The notes under the pieces are model-generated. The model was not told the DNA's origin, did no database searches, and worked only from the letters and a program-made list of their open reading frames with translations. Positions 61,436-64,000 of a stretch of 64,000 bases of DNA are shown piece after piece. The stretch comes from Pseudovirgaria hyperparasitica (Eukaryota). A program made the translations under genes and the position numbers. How positions within the stretch are numbered: the stretch's first letter is position 1; the number at the start of each line of letters is the position of its first letter. The stretch is taken from assembly GCA_010093815.1 (NCBI GenBank), contig ML996573.1, one strand, 5' to 3'.

Positions 61436-63027
61436 TCATGCTACAGGAGTCGAAAAGACAAGCGTGATATGACTGTGACAACATTAGCAATCAAGACAAA
61501 ACACTTTCCCATCCCAGGCCACCAGCAGCAGCAGCAGGAAACTTACTCATCACCGGCAGTCACAACAGACTTCTCCTCCTTGCCCTGCACAAAGCCCATG
61601 ATGCCGCCCCCGTCACCACCACCCCTGTGCCCCCTCCATTCGCCGACTAACCCTCTGGCAGCAGCAGTCGTACCCCCTCGTGCATCCCACCTCCTGACCA
61701 CGCCGTCATTCCCGCACGATGTGAGCAGCCAGCCGCCCTGGCCAGACTTCTTCGAGAACTCGACCTTGATGACTGCCTGGCCCTCGCCCTCATCCTCATG
61801 CGCGTTTTCGATCCGCCGCCTGGCGGCGAAACGATGTGCCACGTCGAACAGGACGATAGAGCCGTCCACGTTTCCGGCGGCCATGAGTGTGAGAGGCGGC
61901 TGGGCGAACGAAATGGTTTCTACGCTGTCGGAGCCCGCTTGGAGTGAGGCGAGGATCTGCCCGGCTTGTCCGCTGGAGCCAGCCTTCGGCCCACCGGCTT
62001 GCTTGCCACCAGCAGCTTTGCCTTTTTGCCCGGCACCTGTTGCGCTACTCGTTGCCGACGCATCTGCGCCTAAGCGTGGGAGCCCGACGATCCGTATCTG
62101 GCCCTCGGGTCCACCGACCGCAATCAAGGAGCCGTTCGGCGAGATGGCGATGCTGTATAGGCCCCCTTCAACCTTGAAACGCTCGTCGTGGCCAGTGAGT
62201 CCGACGACACTTTGGCTGCCTTGCGCCTCGACCAGTCCCGCCGCGGCAGCCTCTCCGAACACATCCCACACATATAGACTCGAGTCTTCCGAGACTGTTG
62301 CCAGTAGCTTGCCGTCTGGCGTCCAGGCCCCAGCCGTACATGATTCCTGGTGGATGTAGAACGTCTGGACAATACTCAAGGGCGATGTCTTGTCCGCCGC
62401 GTTGATCGTGTAAACCCAGACAGAGCCATCGTTTGCGCCCATGGCTACCGTGTTCGGGTACTCTGGGTGCGGACAAGCCGCCAGCCAGTTGATTTCCTCC
62501 ACCTCTTGCGCCTCCGCAATGAATCTCCACTTCAGCCCTGACGCGTCCGACTGCCATGTCCTCAGTTTTCCATCCAGTCCCGCCGACACCACATACTCTC
62601 CGCGAGGAAGTGTGAATGTGATTGCGTTTATGCTGTCCGTATGCCCCTCCAACTTGAAAATAGGCTTCAATCCCTCTCGTTCTACCGGTCGCGGATCGCT
62701 TTCGTAGCTCGGAGGAAGCACGGGCGGCTGTGGCGGGGTCGCGTCGAGTATATATCCCACATCATCGCCACCGCCTGTCGCGACGACGTTTGGATTTCGG
62801 GGATGGGAAGCAATGCAGAAGATCGAGTCTTTGTGCCCGTCAAAGTGCGCGACGCTGTCGTTGATGAGCTGAATCTCTTCCAACGTGGCCGAGGGGTCCT
62901 CGTCTGCGTCCTCATCCGAGTCCATGGCTGCGTCGTCGTCCGAGGGCACTTCTTCGCCTATCTCGTCTTCTTCCAGCATGTCGTCGTCCACGTCCTCGAC
63001 GTCATCGTGGGGTTGGTGGGCTGACAT
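61436..63027 (-). CDS. SQT1: WD40 ribosome assembly factor Sqt1 (uL16 chaperone)
   Basis: Acidic N-terminus, NDSVAHFDGHKDSIF, ATGGGDD, WD repeats, VVTAGD^DHITLVF; one 3' intron ending 61473. Confidence 0.88.
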
Positions 63028-63786
63028 TTGCAGGAAATGGCTGACAAGGTTTGAGGGTTGAAGGGAGCGAAAAAGAATTGGGAAATATGCTTTTAGTAGC
63101 AGGGTAAAGAGCGACTTTATTGTTTTATATAATTTGCTGCGAGGCAAGGTGAAGTTTCCAGAGTGCTTAGAAATTCATGCCAAAAAGTTGCCAGTCGATT
63201 AGCCAGGTTTAGCAGAGTCGGGGAGGGGTTGCGCCGACCTCATAGATTGATCCATACCTAAATGGCACAAACGAGCTCGCTTCGATACATTGAACAGGAT
63301 GAATTAGGACATTCGTACTTTATGGCCCAAAACATGACTTCACCACTCCACCTCAAATTTCAGTCACAGATGGATCAGTAGTAAACGGCGGTAAAGAGTG
63401 GGTAGAGACACTTTTGTTCTGAAGATTGCACTATCTCGCTAGCTAAATTGTGGATGTGGAATTGTGGGAGGGGTATAGCATCGAGACTGTATAGTACAAA
63501 ATCGTAAGCAAAGTGTAGTATAAGGCCAGATCATGGTTTAAATCCAACAGAGTTCCACCAAGACGCGTGCGTCGTACGGCCGGCCCATTTTTCCAAAGGC
63601 TGTTCTCAACCCGACACCCCTAGATCGTCGTATGTAGATAAATAGCCAGACCATCGTACAACAACAAAAGAAACAATAATAGATCATCGTACAACAAAGG
63701 GAAGAAGTGTCGGGCTTATATTTACATCAGAATGTAGAAGCTTGCATCATTAAAAGTCGTAATCTGTCAAGGCAGTCCGACAACAG

Positions 63787-64000
63787 CTAGACCTCGGTGG
63801 CCGCCCGCCTCTTCCAGAATTTCCACTCAGCTTTCTGGTTGTTCTTGTTCGCAGCACCGGTTGGCAGTCGCTGAGTAGCAGCAGGCGGTACTGGTGGTCC
63901 CGAGTTCCGTAGGAAGTCGGCCAAGTCGCCGGTTTCAGAATTGGTGGCGCCCTGGCGCGGCGAGACAACTCTCGCATCGCGTGCGCCTGTAGCCGACGAC
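63787..64000 (-). CDS. 3' end of a hypothetical protein entering from beyond the window
   Basis: Open frame (not the one in the ORF track) reading ...ARDAR...TGDLADFLRNSGPP...KFWKRRAATEV*. Confidence 0.65.
   Translation of the reverse strand, partial: SSATGARDARVVSPRQGATNSETGDLADFLRNSGPPVPPAATQRLPTGAANKNNQKAEWKFWKRRAATEV

Noticed and set aside
63750..63977. ORF-track 75-aa minus-strand ORF
   Set aside because: Wrong frame; the adjacent frame ending at 63787 gives the protein-like DLADFLRNSGPP sequence.

Overview
Eukaryotic, gene-dense window from a filamentous ascomycete (Pezizomycotina, probably Dothideomycete-like; inferred from short GT-AG introns with CTRAC branch points and from gene content). 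About 24 protein-coding loci are supported: ARP2 and RPL5 (divergent pair), an Mhp1/Gip3-type LRR protein, a PspE-like rhodanese, two cytochrome P450s, EMC1, a reticulon-like protein, HIS5, a secreted beta-lactamase-fold hydrolase, a PA-domain subtilisin, an AA9 LPMO, a peroxisomal 4CL-like acyl-CoA ligase, a Smr-domain protein, a bacterial-type HAD-IIB/phosphomannomutase-like gene, a carboxylesterase, SQT1 and several hypothetical proteins. There is also an intron-containing tRNA-Asn(GTT), a broken amidohydrolase and several simple repeats. The most striking structure is in the reticulon gene: two tandem donor-disrupted nested introns ([D5,6] stwintrons) flank a 72-nt in-frame-skippable exon. 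Other leads are two intronless bacterial-looking genes (HGT candidates), a Smr nuclease ending in a CaaX box, and a GC-rich block whose frameshifts all look like homopolymer overcalls. Exon boundaries were read by eye and family assignments come from recognised motifs, not database searches.
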